Part shown: in pieces, positions 15,808-29,056 of the stretch
How positions within the stretch are numbered: the first letter of the stretch is position 1
Layout of the letters: every line of letters starts with the position of its first letter
Assembly (NCBI GenBank): GCA_964016885.1
Contig: OZ024750.1
Span: 33,046,001 to 33,110,000 of the forward strand
DNA: 64,000 nt
Source of the DNA: Eledone cirrhosa
Lineage: Eukaryota
Direction: 5' to 3'
The notes under the pieces: model-generated
What the model was told of the DNA's origin: nothing
What the model saw: only the letters and a program-made list of their open reading frames with translations
Databases searched by the model: none
Position numbers and translations under genes: made by a program

Positions 15808-15993
15808 GTGGTGGATTGGCAGTATCGGTAGAGGGTCGGACGCCATGCTTTCCAGCATAGTTACGTCCCTTTACGATCTGAGTTCAAATCCTGCCGAGGT
15901 TGACTTTGCCTTTCATCCTTACGGGGTCGATAAAATAAAGTACCAGTAATGAACTGGGTTATTGCTGGCCTTGTGCCTAAAGTAGAAACAAAT
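15808..15993 (+). mobile_element. SINE family A
   Basis: Near-identical to 4599-4785. Confidence 0.85.
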
Positions 15994-16729
15994 ATTAGAT
16001 CTAAACTAACACATCTTAAAATATGGGAACATAGGCACATATAACAAACTGCCTGCCTAAGTCCTAATTCTAACATGATGTACATAATGATAGGCTTTCA
16101 TCAATAATATATAGAACAATCATCTAATATTATTGGCACCATAATAACATGTGTCATGTTATATTAAGGTCAATCAAAGTAAAATGGAATTGATGCCAAT
16201 AACAAACTACGAGGCTAATAAATTTGACACATTTGAAAGTCGCTTTCATACAATTCTAAATGTCAAATTACATTCACTAAATTTTCTCACTAGAGGGTGT
16301 TGGGCTGTTTAAAGGAAACGCTGTAGTTTATTTTCATATCTAATATACAGCTTTTGGTATTTGATGTATAATATATGATTTACTAAATTGTTAGAGCTTC
16401 CGTATCGAAACTGTAAATTGTATACTAATCACTGTAGATGAAGAGGGAGAGAGAACCAAGTAAAACCCCAGTTATTGGTCGGAGATTCACATTGGAAATT
16501 AATATAAAGGATTTTGATCTAGGTATATTTTAATATAATATTTTAGTTGCAGGAGACCACTATTTCCATACACGGAGGAAAGTTGTTTTCTGGAATCTGT
16601 TTACAATTGGATATAATTTGTAGGTTGAAGCGTTTCAAAATCTAAGAACATGATAGAGACAAGGAAATCTATGTGAACTTAAACAGCAGAACTTCTTAAC
16701 GTAGAGGAAATATCTATTTCAAATTTTGG

Positions 16730-16900
16730 TAGTAGTTTTCGGGGGAGGAGAATGTCGATTATATCGGCGTCACAACTATTCTATCGATTACAGAAATATA
16801 AATGGCAAATTTAACCTCGGTGGGATTTGAACTCAGAATGTAGAAAGTCGTAACCCCAAAGCATTTTTTCCGACGCTCTACCGATTCTACCATTCCACAG
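16730..16900 (-). mobile_element. SINE family A, diverged
   Basis: ttaacctcggtgggatttgaactcagaa...gacgctctaccgattctacc. Confidence 0.65.
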
Positions 16901-17304
16901 CACTAAGAAGCAATGTCATTCATTAGAGAAATTTGATTACCTTTAATAAAATTTCTCTCCGGAAAATAAGAGCTGGGCTATTTATCAAACACGAATATAT
17001 AAATCTTAAAGGCTGATGTTTGAATTTTCTAATTACTAAGTTTGAATAGATGATTAGTTCGAATACGTTTTCATTGTTTATGCATTCATTTCCATCTTCA
17101 GGTATTCATAAGTCCGTTATTTTACGGAGAGTGCTTTTTTTAAACCCCCAACATGCTGAATATTTCCATTTTCATATATTAATATTTACATACACCACCC
17201 TCCCATTCTATTTTGCATATATATTGTTGGCTTTTGGAGTTGATACATTGAATAGGAGATATGTCCTTCTTGGTGGGAGCTGACAGCTAATAACAGCTAA
17301 TAAA

Positions 17305-17523
17305 TAATGGTTTTTGATTTAGGCACAAGGCCAACAATTTTAGGAGAGGAGAAAGTCGATTAAATCATCCTCAGTGCATTACTGGTACTTTATTTTATCG
17401 ACCCGGTAAGGATGAAAGGCAAAACTAACCGTAGCAGGATTTGAACTACTCAGAACGTTAAGATCGATAGCTCTATGCCGCAAAGCATGTTATCCGACGC
17501 TCTACCGATACTGTCATCCACTA
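17305..17523 (-). mobile_element. SINE family A
   Basis: ctggtactttattttatcgacccggtaaggatgaaaggc. Confidence 0.8.
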
Positions 17524-17699
17524 TCAAATAGTGTATGTTATCACACTTCTCCTCCTGCCGAATTGCTGGCATTGTGCCTAAATCAGAAACCCTTATTGTT
17601 CTGTTTAGGATTCACGTCCTTTACTCTACCGGTGATCTTCTGAACAATAATAAAATTAGAACGGCAGAAGGAGTACAATGCCGGATTAAAAATGTTGGT

Positions 17700-18046
17700 A
17701 CATCCCGCATCAGGGACGAGACATGTGGCATGACTCCGTCTCCAACTTAGTTGCTTCGGCCACAAACCCCGGGATTACGGCCCGCAATGCAGAGGAAAGG
17801 AAGACAAACAAATACCTCGGATTGTCCGGCCGCTTCCTTTTCGCACGGGTCACCGTCCAGACCTCATGCCTATTTGGACCCCATACTGCCAAGCTCCTCC
17901 GCAAGATCGGACCGTCGGCAGCCCATCTGAGGGAAGAGCTCTGCGTGGTGTGGTGGATGTTGCAACGGGTGTCGTTGGCATTTGTCCACGGAAATGCTTT
18001 TACGGCCATGTTCGTGGGGCGCAGACCCAACGCCGCCCATCCCTAG
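17700..18046 (+). mobile_element. CRE-like non-LTR retrotransposon restriction-like endonuclease C-terminal fragment
   Basis: ARNAEERKTNKYLGL..FLFARVTVQTSCLFG...LQRVSLAFVHGNA; a shorter relative near 23249-23290 (QWMSLAIVRGN). Confidence 0.75.
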
Positions 18047-19327
18047 GCCCTGAGTCCATCAACCTCCCTTTCTTCTGTGACCCTAGAGTCATTACCTTTC
18101 TCTTCCTTTTCTGTATTTAAATATTAATATCGTGTTGTATTAATTCACGGCTCCCTGTTTTATGGATTCAATATACACTACATTCTACTTTGCTTTTCAT
18201 CACTGCAATCGTGAAAATGAGAACCAGTTATTTCATCAACTAAACCCGACTATCTTACAAATATATGATTTTATGCTAATGCGATAAACGACGGGTTTTA
18301 GCAATCATAATTGTCACTATATTCATTATGTTTAGAAGTAGTCTGGGGAAATATATGTCATAAGAGGATGTGGGGCTAATAGAAGGAAGGAGAAGAAATG
18401 AGAAGAGAACGTAAAGTAGAAGAAAGGAAGACATTTTGACAAGCATTTAAGTTGCAAAAGCATCAATAACCAAGCAAAATGGACGACCGTTAGGTAGACT
18501 GAAGGGAGGCTGATCGTTGCTAATATTCATAATGGATTTGATGGCGCCCACAAACACGCTAAGCCGAAGCAGAAATGGCCATAAGCTAACCAGAATAAAG
18601 AGGATTAATTATCTTCTTATTTATGGAGAATTTCAAACTTGACAGTCAACACGTAATATTGAAATAGAGCCAGTCATCAATACCAGGCAAATATCTAGCG
18701 GATACGTGTGAGAGACTTTTCCTGCAAGATAATACGGAAATGTAAGTGTGAATTATTACCAAATCATTGTTAGACACTGCGTGTTGCTAACATTTTCATG
18801 TTGTTTATTTAGTTTATTTTCATGATGTGTTTATTTTTATTCATGTCTCTTCCTCAAATAAAATATTTCAGACATTTATTTCAGGTTATGTCAAGGATCT
18901 TTTGAACTTGTCAGAGAATACTTTCTCAGGCAATTGATCGTATCAATCTAGTAATATACTGCCAAATAGGGTGAATAAAATAGCAGCACCGTATTGTCAA
19001 GTAATTATGGTTAATCTTTTGTTCACTGAAATAAAATGAAAAAATATTTCTTCGTTATTCTTTCTGTTCATTCCGTCATGTGGTTTCCATTAAAATATAT
19101 AAAATTAATCTCAGTTATGTGTTTATGCTTCGAAATTTTCTATAAACCCGATGGCAAAATCATCACCTGCGAAATTTGAAGCAAGATTATATATTTTAAT
19201 TGTTTAATCATTTAAAGGGATTTAAATTGCATTAATTAATTAACTAATTCATTCACTATTTCTATACTTCTTCTGAAAAATATTATTCCGATATCTTTTG
19301 CTTTCTGCTATTTACGTTGTCAATAGG

Positions 19328-19530
19328 GCGGTGGATTTGCAGTATCGGTAGAGCGCTGGACACCATGCTTCGTGGCATAAAGTTATGACCCTTTACGTTC
19401 TGATTTCAAATCTGCCGAGGTTAGCTTTGCCTTTCATCATTAAGGGGTCAATAAAATAAAGTACCAGTAATACACTGTAGTCGATTTAATTACCCCAAAT
19501 TGCTGGCCTTGCGCCTAAAGTAAAAACCTT
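19328..19530 (+). mobile_element. SINE family A
   Basis: Same head and body motifs as 4599-4785. Confidence 0.8.
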
Positions 19531-20707
19531 ATTTACCTTGTCAACTACTAACATTTGTCTCTTGCCTCATGACCTCCTTCTTTACATTCATGACTCTTTG
19601 CTGGTTTACCCTTTTTTATATAGCTTATTCCTTTTCCCATCCTTCACTCTTCCTTCTCTCACTCTCACCTCAACATTTACCCCTTCACCAATTCCTCTCC
19701 GACGCTCCTCGCTGTATTTGCCACGCCCCTCCCATTATATCTTCATCTTTTCTACCAATTCACTCCGCCATCATTTCCCAATCCATCCTTATTTTATATC
19801 ATTCATTATCCTCGCATATTTTTCTTCTTCTCTTTCATTGTTTCAATTCTTTCCTTTCACTATTAATATCTTTCTTGTTTTATAGTTTCAAGGTGTTCCC
19901 ACTCTCTCTTTTCCACCCTGTGTTATCTATTCTCCCTCACGATCCTCCTCTACCTTGAATTATCTCCTTAGAATCATTAAGTCCCATATTCGATCCCACT
20001 GCGTGACATTTTCGGTGCCATTCACCCCAGCCTTTTATCATCTCAGGCCTTGTGAGTGAAATTGGTTAGACGGAAACTGATCGGAGGGCAGTAAGATGGA
20101 CAACTGTATTTGTAATTCAAAGTGCTAGCTTTGTCATTGTCACACACTGTCACGTTGAATCTCCCTGAGAATTACGTTAAGGATACACATGTTTATGAAG
20201 TGCGCGACTACTTATACATTAATTTCATGAGTAGGATGTCCTGTTGACAAAACAGCAAGAAGTCCAAAGAGAATAACGTAACTTGCCGAATCAATATTTC
20301 CGACTCTACATGAGATTTCTGCTACGGACATATACTCGATATATCCTAGGTGATCATTAGCGCACCAGTGTATGATTGCACTCAATTCATTACATCCATG
20401 TATAGTAGACATGTAAACTTCATGCTGTAGGCTCAATACTAAAATACATACCATACCATGCTGGATATTGCAAGTGTTTCTGTGCCTACATATATTAAAT
20501 AAGTAAGGTTTTAAAAAAGGAATTTTCAAATTAATTATTGTTTCTTAATTAAAAAATTAAATGTTTTTACATTTGCACAACATATTTTTCAAAATTACAA
20601 AGAAAATGTTTCAATTGAAATTTAAAACATTGTCATAACTACAAAAGATTTTAACAAGTGATAGTCTTTGAAGAAACTACCAGCTTATGAAACATTTACA
20701 TTATTAT

Positions 20708-20975
20708 ATCATCCTTACGGAGTCGATAAAATAAAGTACCAGTAATGCACTGGGTAATTGCTGGCCTTGTGCCTAAAGTAGAAACAATTATTATATTGGC
20801 AGTATTGGTAGAGGGTCGGACGCCATGCTTTGGCGTATAGAGTTACGGCCCTTGCCATTCTGAGTTCAAATCCCGCCGAGGTTAACTTTGCCTTTCATCC
20901 TTACGGGGTCGATAAAATAAAGTACCAGTAATGCACTGGGTAATTGCTGGCCTTGTGCCTAACGTCGAAACAATT
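20708..20975 (+). mobile_element. SINE family A, partial plus near-full copy in tandem
   Basis: 3' half at ~20708-20790 followed directly by copy 20797-20975. Confidence 0.8.
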
Positions 20976-22292
20976 ATAAGAAAATATTTTTTTTTATATA
21001 TTAGTGCAGTTAAATTGAATACCCAGAGCAAATAGCTAAGAACTTCATAAAAGTTTTCTTTAAATAGAAATATATGGTTTTTATAGAAAACGTTCCCAGA
21101 CGCTTCTGATATGAATACGTTTTATAAATGTTGTGCCTTTATTGTTCCCATACATTTCTGATATGACCAAAGTAGTGTCTTTATTGTAAATTAATATATG
21201 GAAACATTATGTGGACACATCACTTGGTTAATTCCTACATGGCAACATTTTAATTAACTTCTTTTCTCTTATTTACTGGATACAATTGAAAGGATAAAGA
21301 ATGATGTCGTTTCTTCACATCTTTCATATAGCATTTATTTATTTATGTAATCAATATAAACGTTCGTATAGAGCTAGTAAGCCATGAAAGACTAAGGGGA
21401 GAATCTTGTACTTCTTACAGTTAAGAAACAAAAATAAATTGTGATGCAAATATAAGTGAATATAAAAATAAAATTTAAAATTAAAAAAAAAACAAATTAA
21501 ATAGGGAAGACCAAATTGAGGCAAAAGTAACATTAAAAGTAACATTAAAACATGGGAAGTAAAAGAAGCTAGGAGGTTTCTGTTGTTGACTATAGAGTAT
21601 TGACGTAGAGCATGCGGTGTCGGTCAATGGATACTTGATATCAGAATTAATGTCTTGTAAAACTACCTAAAGCGTGTTATCATCATTGGAACAGCTTGGC
21701 ATTATTCCATTATATAATTTTATAGACTGTCTCAAGTACAGTATTCTACAGTTCATCTGAGGCTAAGCCTTAATCTTCTGTATTCATGAGACGACATTTT
21801 GTGTATACTGCGATCCATAAATATTTTTAATATTCCGCGTACTTAATCTCATTGATTACAACCGCTCTATTATACGTATATACAACTTTCATTTACTTTC
21901 GTTTGAGCTGCTATCATTTGGGTTTTTTATACACTTGCATTCTCTTTAATCCGAAACTTCATTCAGGTACCTGTACTAAACATCATTACAGGTTGTTTCC
22001 AATTAGCTGTTTTTTTGTTTATTTAGATCAGCTATGATGGAGCAAACTTAAGCATCCTAACCGTGATGATTCCCTTTGTTTTATCGAGACATAATATACA
22101 TATAACTACATTATGTAATATTTTCGTCCTTTTTATCCCAGTAATATATAGGTTAAAGTAGATTTGAATACTATGTCTTGAAGTATCCAATCTGACAAAT
22201 TCCATATTTGACATTTCTGTTGTAAGCTTCCAAGATTGATTATAGAATACATGATGTATTCTTTTCTTTCCTTCAGATGGTGTGATAAGAAG

Positions 22293-22765
22293 AAGCATTA
22301 CACTTTATGATCATACATGTGGTAAGAGGAATTAGACTTTATGTCTACTATACATGTGTTAAGAAAAGGCATTATACTGTATGTTCCGACATGTGGTAAG
22401 AAGAGTTGTTAAGCTTTACACTATATGTTCAAACATGGGATAAGAAGTGGCATTAGATTTTATATTCACACATATAGTTTTATATAGTTTCATATTTTAT
22501 GTTCGCACATGTAATCAGAAGTGGCTTTAAACTATGTTTATACATGTGATACAGAAAAGGCTTTAAACTGTATGTTCATACATGCGGTTAGAGGCATTAG
22601 ATTATATGTTCATTCATGGGATAAGACATGGCATTAGACAATATGATCACACATGTGGTAAGATTGTTTAGACTATATGTTCACACATGTGATACATAAA
22701 GACTTTAAACTATGTTTTTATACATGTGATAAGAATTAGCTATAGAGTCTGTGTTTATACATATC
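22293..22765. repeat. Degenerate ~40-bp minisatellite
   Basis: Recurrent tatgttcacacatgtg(g/a)taagaa..ggcattagac. Confidence 0.8.
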
Positions 22766-24204
22766 GAACCTTAAAAGTAAGGTTATGTTATCGGCAATTT
22801 TTTATGGGTAATTAGTTTTGAGGCAGAAGAGCCTCCAGAAGACATGACCTGGATGCGGTCCCAATCCCTTAAAGTGTAAAAGGTGAAGGTCCGAAACACA
22901 TACAATATGAGGGCGGGGGGCTTCTTCTCTGAAGAACTCCTACTATCAAACTCTCCCGAATGTTTCTTAATACTAACGCTATGATTTATCTTCATTTTTA
23001 CCATTTGAATTATATATCCTTTTAGTTGGGAAACAATTATTTTTATTCAGTCTTCTATTAATATTTAAATATTTGTTATGCATTGTATATTGTTATTTGA
23101 GATACAGATTTCAAAGCTGACATTTTTCCTAATGTTGGCTGCCTGTTATATTCTGGTATTCGTCTTCACCAATATTTCAATTCCATAGTAAAATCAGAAT
23201 GACAGTAGCCCTTCTGAGAAAGGAGCCCTGCGAGGTAGGGTGGCTGTTGCAGTGGATGTCGCTGGCCATTGTCCGCGGAAATGTCTTTGCTCTGACTTAG
23301 GTGTAGAGTCTGTCACTCTCTCCCTTTTCACATTTCTTTCTCTTCTTGCCTAATAGTCCTTGCTCTTTGCCTCTCATTTCCTCTCACTTATAGTATTTAT
23401 AAACATTTCCAATACCACTTTCTTTTTCTATATGTTTGACTAAATATTAAACTCTATTTTTATGTAATTTTGTAGACCATGATCAGGTTTTGAAGTTTGA
23501 ATGTGAAACAATCTAGAAGTATAAGATGTTAGCTGTATCAACTTTTCAACAAGTATATATATACAACAATGTAAAACGTGGATCAGGGAAATGAAATATG
23601 AAGATAAATATTTAAATAATGTATTAAGTGATGTTCGGTGTATATAACGCAAAATCATTTTTAGCGATTTATGAAATGGCAGTTTGTTTCATTAGTGTTA
23701 ACAAACATTTAATAAACTCACCTAATGTAAAATGAGTCTGAAAACCTAGGGTGTATATTCTATCGTTTGCCTTTTAATTATAATATTCAATTAATTACAT
23801 AACACACTAAAAATTATTTGAAGTAAATTTTGTGTTATATATAACAACTAAAATTATATTTTTCTTATTAATTTAATTAAACGGTTAAACCGATATCAGT
23901 TAATTAGTGTATATAAATAAAAAGGCTGTATAAAATTAATTGGTTATATTGATTTCTCAGTTACAAACGAGCCACGCAATTTGTGGGAGGGTATATGTTA
24001 TTAGATCATACCTAGTCCTTAAAAGTATCAACCCTGGGAGGAGGAAATGTTATGATGACACAAGTATATTTTGAATTGAGAATATAAAAGGTAGTAATTA
24101 GATACTAGAGAAAGGTTGGTGAGGTATTCTACGTTTTATTACATCTATCGCAATTTCATAATCAATATTATTAATTATTATTTTAGGAAGAATAAGAAAA
24201 TAAC

Positions 24205-24395
24205 ACCATGCTTTCTGGCACAGAGTTATGGTTCTTTACATTCTGAATTCTGAGTGCAAATCCCGCCGAGGTTAGCTTTACTTTTCATCCATATGGGGTC
24301 GATAAAATAAAGGACCAGCCACACACTGGGGTCGATTTAATCGACTTTCCTCTTCCCTTCAAATGGCTGGCCTTCTGCCAAATATAGAAATCATT
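24205..24395 (+). mobile_element. SINE family A, diverged
   Basis: aaatcccgccgaggttagc...ggggtcgataaaataaaggaccag. Confidence 0.7.
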
Positions 24396-25419
24396 ATTTT
24401 ATACGATGTTTTTGTATATTTGGACTATCTTTAGGGAGGAGGGGGTTTAACTAAAATGTGTTGTATTCCTGTTGTAATTCTTCCTCTTCTTTTCCAATAT
24501 ATTTACAGGCAAAATGCATCAATAGATTTTTTCACATACAGATAGAAATCAAAATACAATTTATTCAATATACAAAGTCTCATAATGTCAAACAATTGAC
24601 ATTGACATTATATAACAAAAATACTTGAGCAGTATCCAATAAAAACAAAACACACTGTTAAAGGGAACAAAAAAGGAAGACAAAAAAAGCATCAAGAGGC
24701 AAAAGGCAGACGTGGAGGGACAGTCATTACACCCCAGGAGGGACAGTCATTACAGGCCTCAGCTGCCTGCAATAATAGTATGAACCTGACAAAATCCCTA
24801 TTTATTTTGTTCGAAATTATTAGTAAAAAATCATAAAGTAATAACTTATGAAGAATCAACTCCATTTAGAGAGATATATGTTAATTTGTTAATATACGAG
24901 GGTCGACTGACTATGAGGGAGTGAGGGCTATTAATCTTGCATGCATTTAATTTCAACTCTTCTTGTTAATACCTGCATTGATTCTTTCCAAGGAATATGT
25001 TGAAAAATAAACCACATTTGGGCATTCCATCAGAGTATCTTGGTCATAGGCTGACTATGAAGGATGTGTGAAATTTTCATGCATTAATTTCAATTCTTCA
25101 TTTTAATAACTTATATAAACAATATACTAAGCCTTTGTCTATCTTTGTTGCCGGTGTGTATTTAAGGTTCTCATATTTTATATGCTAGCAGTAGAAATAG
25201 ATTTGATGTTGTTACTCAGATTACATTTTGTAGAAGTTTCATTTTCAATTATATCTAACAGGAATATATTAGAATATAGCATTGTAGAGTCAGAAGTTAA
25301 TTTACAATGAATTATTTTCTTTAACCCACATTGATAACAACCTTCCCAAAGCCGCCACTTATTCTATGACACACAACCAATTGTTTTATATCTATATTAA
25401 AATCTTCCAACATAATTTG

Positions 25420-25552
25420 ATATAAGAGACATGTGTTAAATTATATTACAAGTACCACCTTGATATAAAAACCATATGTTAAGTTATATTACAAATACCA
25501 CCTTGAAATAAAAGCTATATGTTAAGTCATATTGCAAATACCACCTTGATAA
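25420..25552. repeat. ~43-bp tandem repeat x3
   Basis: atgttaagttatattacaaataccaccttga. Confidence 0.85.
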
Positions 25553-26061
25553 TGAAATAGTTATGAATAATTAACTATTTCATTATTAACTATTAAAAGG
25601 TTAGTAAAAGCTTCCAAATTTACCATTAAATAATAGAAATACAGTGTATTTAGTTAGATATATGTGAACAAAAAGATTAATGGTTTAAGTCTTCTTTTAG
25701 GAGAACAACTATAACTATATGTGTAATGCCAGTATATTTATCTTTAAATGTATTCTTTATCCTAAACCGACGGTAGTCGGTTTAGTAATATTGTTGTCTT
25801 AGTGATTTCGTTGGCAATCGTCTCTTTACAGCATTATTAGAATGTCTTCCGATTATCAAAATCACATGAAAGTTATATGAGCATGGAGAGTAAATCATTG
25901 CACATCTCTTAAGCTAAAAATCTCGAAATTTCGTTCAGCACAAAAAAAGTTATGATCAAAGTTTGCTGAAAAAAACTGTGTTCAAGTGAGTAAGTGAGTG
26001 AGTAAGGGTGACGCTCTGTGCATTTGATGCATCTCTTGGGACCGGTCAGAGGAGGATAAGG

Positions 26062-26628
26062 GGTTATTCGGGGTGCGGCGCTTATTCGAACCCTCCCCCA
26101 GTGACTGCGATTATTCGGGGTGAGACGCTTATTCGAACCCCCCCCCCCCCCGCTTATTCGAACCCTCCCCCCAGTGACTGCGATTATTCGGGGTGCGGCG
26201 CTTATTCGAACCCTCCCCCCAGTGACTGCGGTTATTCGGGGTGCGGCGCTTATTCGAACCCTCCCCCCAGTGACTGCGATTATTCGGGGTGCGGCGCTTA
26301 TTCGAACCCTCCCCCCAGTGACTGCGGTTATTCGGGGTGCGGCGCTTATTCGAACCCTCCCCCAGTGACTGCGATTATTCGGGGTGAGGCGCTTATTCGA
26401 ACCCCCCCCCCCCCCCACAGTGACTGCGGTTATTCGGGGTGCGGCGCTTATTCGAACCCCCCCCCCACAGTGACTGCGATTATTCGGGGTGAGGCGCTTA
26501 TTCGAACCCTCCCCCAGTGACTGCTGTTATTTGGGGTGAGGGTCTTATTCGAACCCCCCCTAGTGACTGCGGTTATTCGGGGTGCGGTGGTTATTTGAAC
26601 CCCCCCCCCCCAGTGACTGCGGTTATTT
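26062..26628. repeat. GC-rich ~48-bp tandem array (~12 copies) in the Helitron 5' region
   Basis: Unit ttattcggggtgcggcgcttattcgaaccctccccccagtgactgcg(a/g); period 48 (26184 to 26232), variable C-run. Confidence 0.95.
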
Positions 26629-27294
26629 TTTTGAATTTGAATTTTAAATGTTGATACAATGTGGCAGTAAACATTAATCATTGAGCTAATTAGGAGCTAT
26701 TATGTTCTCCTATCTCGCGATAAGTGGTCACACGTTGCAAACTAGTTGAGGTTGTCTTCTATTTATATTCAAATGAGTAATCACTCACTGCATTGTTCTC
26801 TTTCAAAGCAGTCGCTGATTGATATACTAGAAATTCAGAAAATCATTTGGATTTGTACTAATAGTTGTGAATAGTTGTGCTATTTTTTGTACCGATAGGT
26901 GCGAGTAGTGAACTCATTTGCGATAGGTGCGAATAGTGTGCTCATTTGACATATGAAAATGACGTCTCTCGGCTTTTTTATCGGCTTATTTATTTTGACT
27001 ATTACAAATGAAAAATTTGTTTCCCTGCAAAAGTCTCGCCAAAATGGTCGCAAAAAAAATCGCAAAAGGTCACTTCATACGTTTCGCGGCTTTCGAAAAA
27101 AGTCACCATATACGTTTCGCGGCTTTTTGATCGGCTTATTACTTTTTTGCCTGGCGCGAAAATGCAATATTTCCATTTCGAATGAAACAATTCCACAATC
27201 GGGCAATTCGAATGATGAAATTCACATTCAGGCGGCTTTTTACAAATCCAATAAACGAATTTACCCGATTTCCAATCAGAAATATAGAACACGT

Positions 27295-27348
27295 GCACTG
27301 ATCTTATCATTGCTTATTATCGGTTGTGTTGAATTAAATCCTGGACCT
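27295..27348 (+). other. 2A/StopGo-like peptide (ALILSLLIIGCVELNPGP)
   Basis: Hydrophobic helix followed by G-x-V-E-x-N-P-G-P; matches D(V/I)ExNPGP except C replaces D. Confidence 0.6.
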
Positions 27349-27528
27349 GAATTTGAATTCAATGAGACTGATAGTGCTTCCGAATGTCCCAAAGATCAAA
27401 TAATTCATAAAGAGAATGAAAAACGGAGAAAAAATGCCATTAGGAATAGGGAGTATAAAAAACGGAAAGCTGCTGAAATAAAAGAAAAAAGACAATCAGA
27501 ACAAGCAAAACATATGAATAATGCATAC

Positions 27529-27796
27529 CAAAAAGCGCACAGATTGAGGACAGGAGATGAGGGCAAAAGTCAGCATGCATTACATCAAAAGGCGCACAGA
27601 TTGAAGACAGGAGATGATGGCAAAGGTCAGCATGCATGGAATCAAAAGGCGCATAGATTGAGGACAGGAGATGAGGGCAAAAGTCAGAATGCATGGAATC
27701 AAAAGGCACACAGATTGAGGACAGGAGATGAGGGCAAAAGTCAGCATGCATTTCATCAAAAGGCGCACAGATTGAGGACAGGGGAAGAAGGAAAAC
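27529..27796 (+). repeat. Coding tandem repeat, 57 bp / 19 aa (QKAHRLRTGDEGKSQHAxx), ~4.7 copies
   Basis: cagattga recurs at 27540, 27597 and onward with period 57, in frame. Confidence 0.95.
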
Positions 27797-29056
27797 AGAA
27801 AGAGAGCAGATATTTTTCAAAATATTATTTTACAAATGCACAGTTGATACAACAAAACCACAAATTTTTATACAGAAAAAAACGGATTCGACGATTTAAA
27901 GACAGTCACATGCAAAGGGAAATAATTTTACACAAATTCACAAAATCTTATTTGGCCTCAGAAATAGACAAACCAAAAAATCGGACACAATATAGGAAGG
28001 CATTCAAAAAGGGTCTTGAAAAAGTTTCCAAAATATACAGAGAAGCACAGGGAATTCGAAATTTCATGTTTAATGAATTGAAAAAAACAACAGCTTCAGT
28101 TTATGCACACATCAAATTAGCTAAGAAGGAGGGATTGACTGCCTACTGGGGGGAAATATTTTACCATACTTTCACAAATGAACACTTTCTATTCCCAAGA
28201 AGTAAAGTTGATTATTTTCCTCTATCACAACATAAAAATCACAAATTTCTGACTGATGACTGCCCAACAAATGATTGCAAGTGCAAAGATGGTGTCAATG
28301 AACAGGAATCTGAGGAAGGTGAACAAAGTGAAAAATTGGAACAGGAAGATCTTTTTGATGATGAAAAAAATCCTCAAAAAGCTCCATGTTTGAGTAGATT
28401 GTGCAAATCATGTCCTCCATCAAATTGCCCAGATTCCACAACACGTCTAAAACTAGCTGAACGCATGCACAAGGCCATACATGAACTTTCCCCTGATTTG
28501 ACTGTTTCCCAAATTCGGAAAAAAATGGAAATGTTCGAGCAATGTAAGGGATTCCATAGGGACAACATGTATTGCATAGGACAGTCTGACTGCACAAATG
28601 GACTTGAATTGATTCGAAGTATGGCCCCTCATTCTCCTCGAATTCGGACATTACTGAGATGCGTGTACAAAGTGCGATCAGTGTGCATTTGGCTCGACTC
28701 ATATGACATTTCCATTTTGCAAGGCAATTGGCCAATGTTTCACGATCTAATTGATCCAGAAAACATGTCCAAAGGTCTATTAGGTCGGTTGAATGAAATA
28801 GTGGAAGGTGAAAATGACCAACTGCATTCTGAATCCACAGTCATGGCCACTTTTGCATCAATTATCAAACACTTTAATATCAACACCTGTGACATTTGTA
28901 AACAACGAGAACTAGATTCGAACCTAAAAGTCTGGATGGAATGGAGTCTTTTGAAAAACCCCAATCTCCTGGAAATTATTCAACAACACTACCAGCTACC
29001 ATGCACAATTTGCTTGTCATGTAGAAATAGTCTTTGCAAACAGGAAATTACCATCA

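Noticed and set aside
19538-19958. Hydrophobic ORFs in CT-rich DNA (also 44039-44416)
   Set aside because: Low-complexity pyrimidine tracts
22293-22765. C2H2 zinc-finger gene array (acatgtggtaag resembles TCGK)
   Set aside because: Period ~40 bp rather than 84 bp, no HxxxH spacing, no open frame
26062-26628. CRISPR-like appearance of the 48-bp array, and its Cys-rich ORFs (DCGYSGCGAYSNPPPS)
   Set aside because: No unique spacers, no cas genes, eukaryotic context; ORFs open on both strands simply because of the repeat
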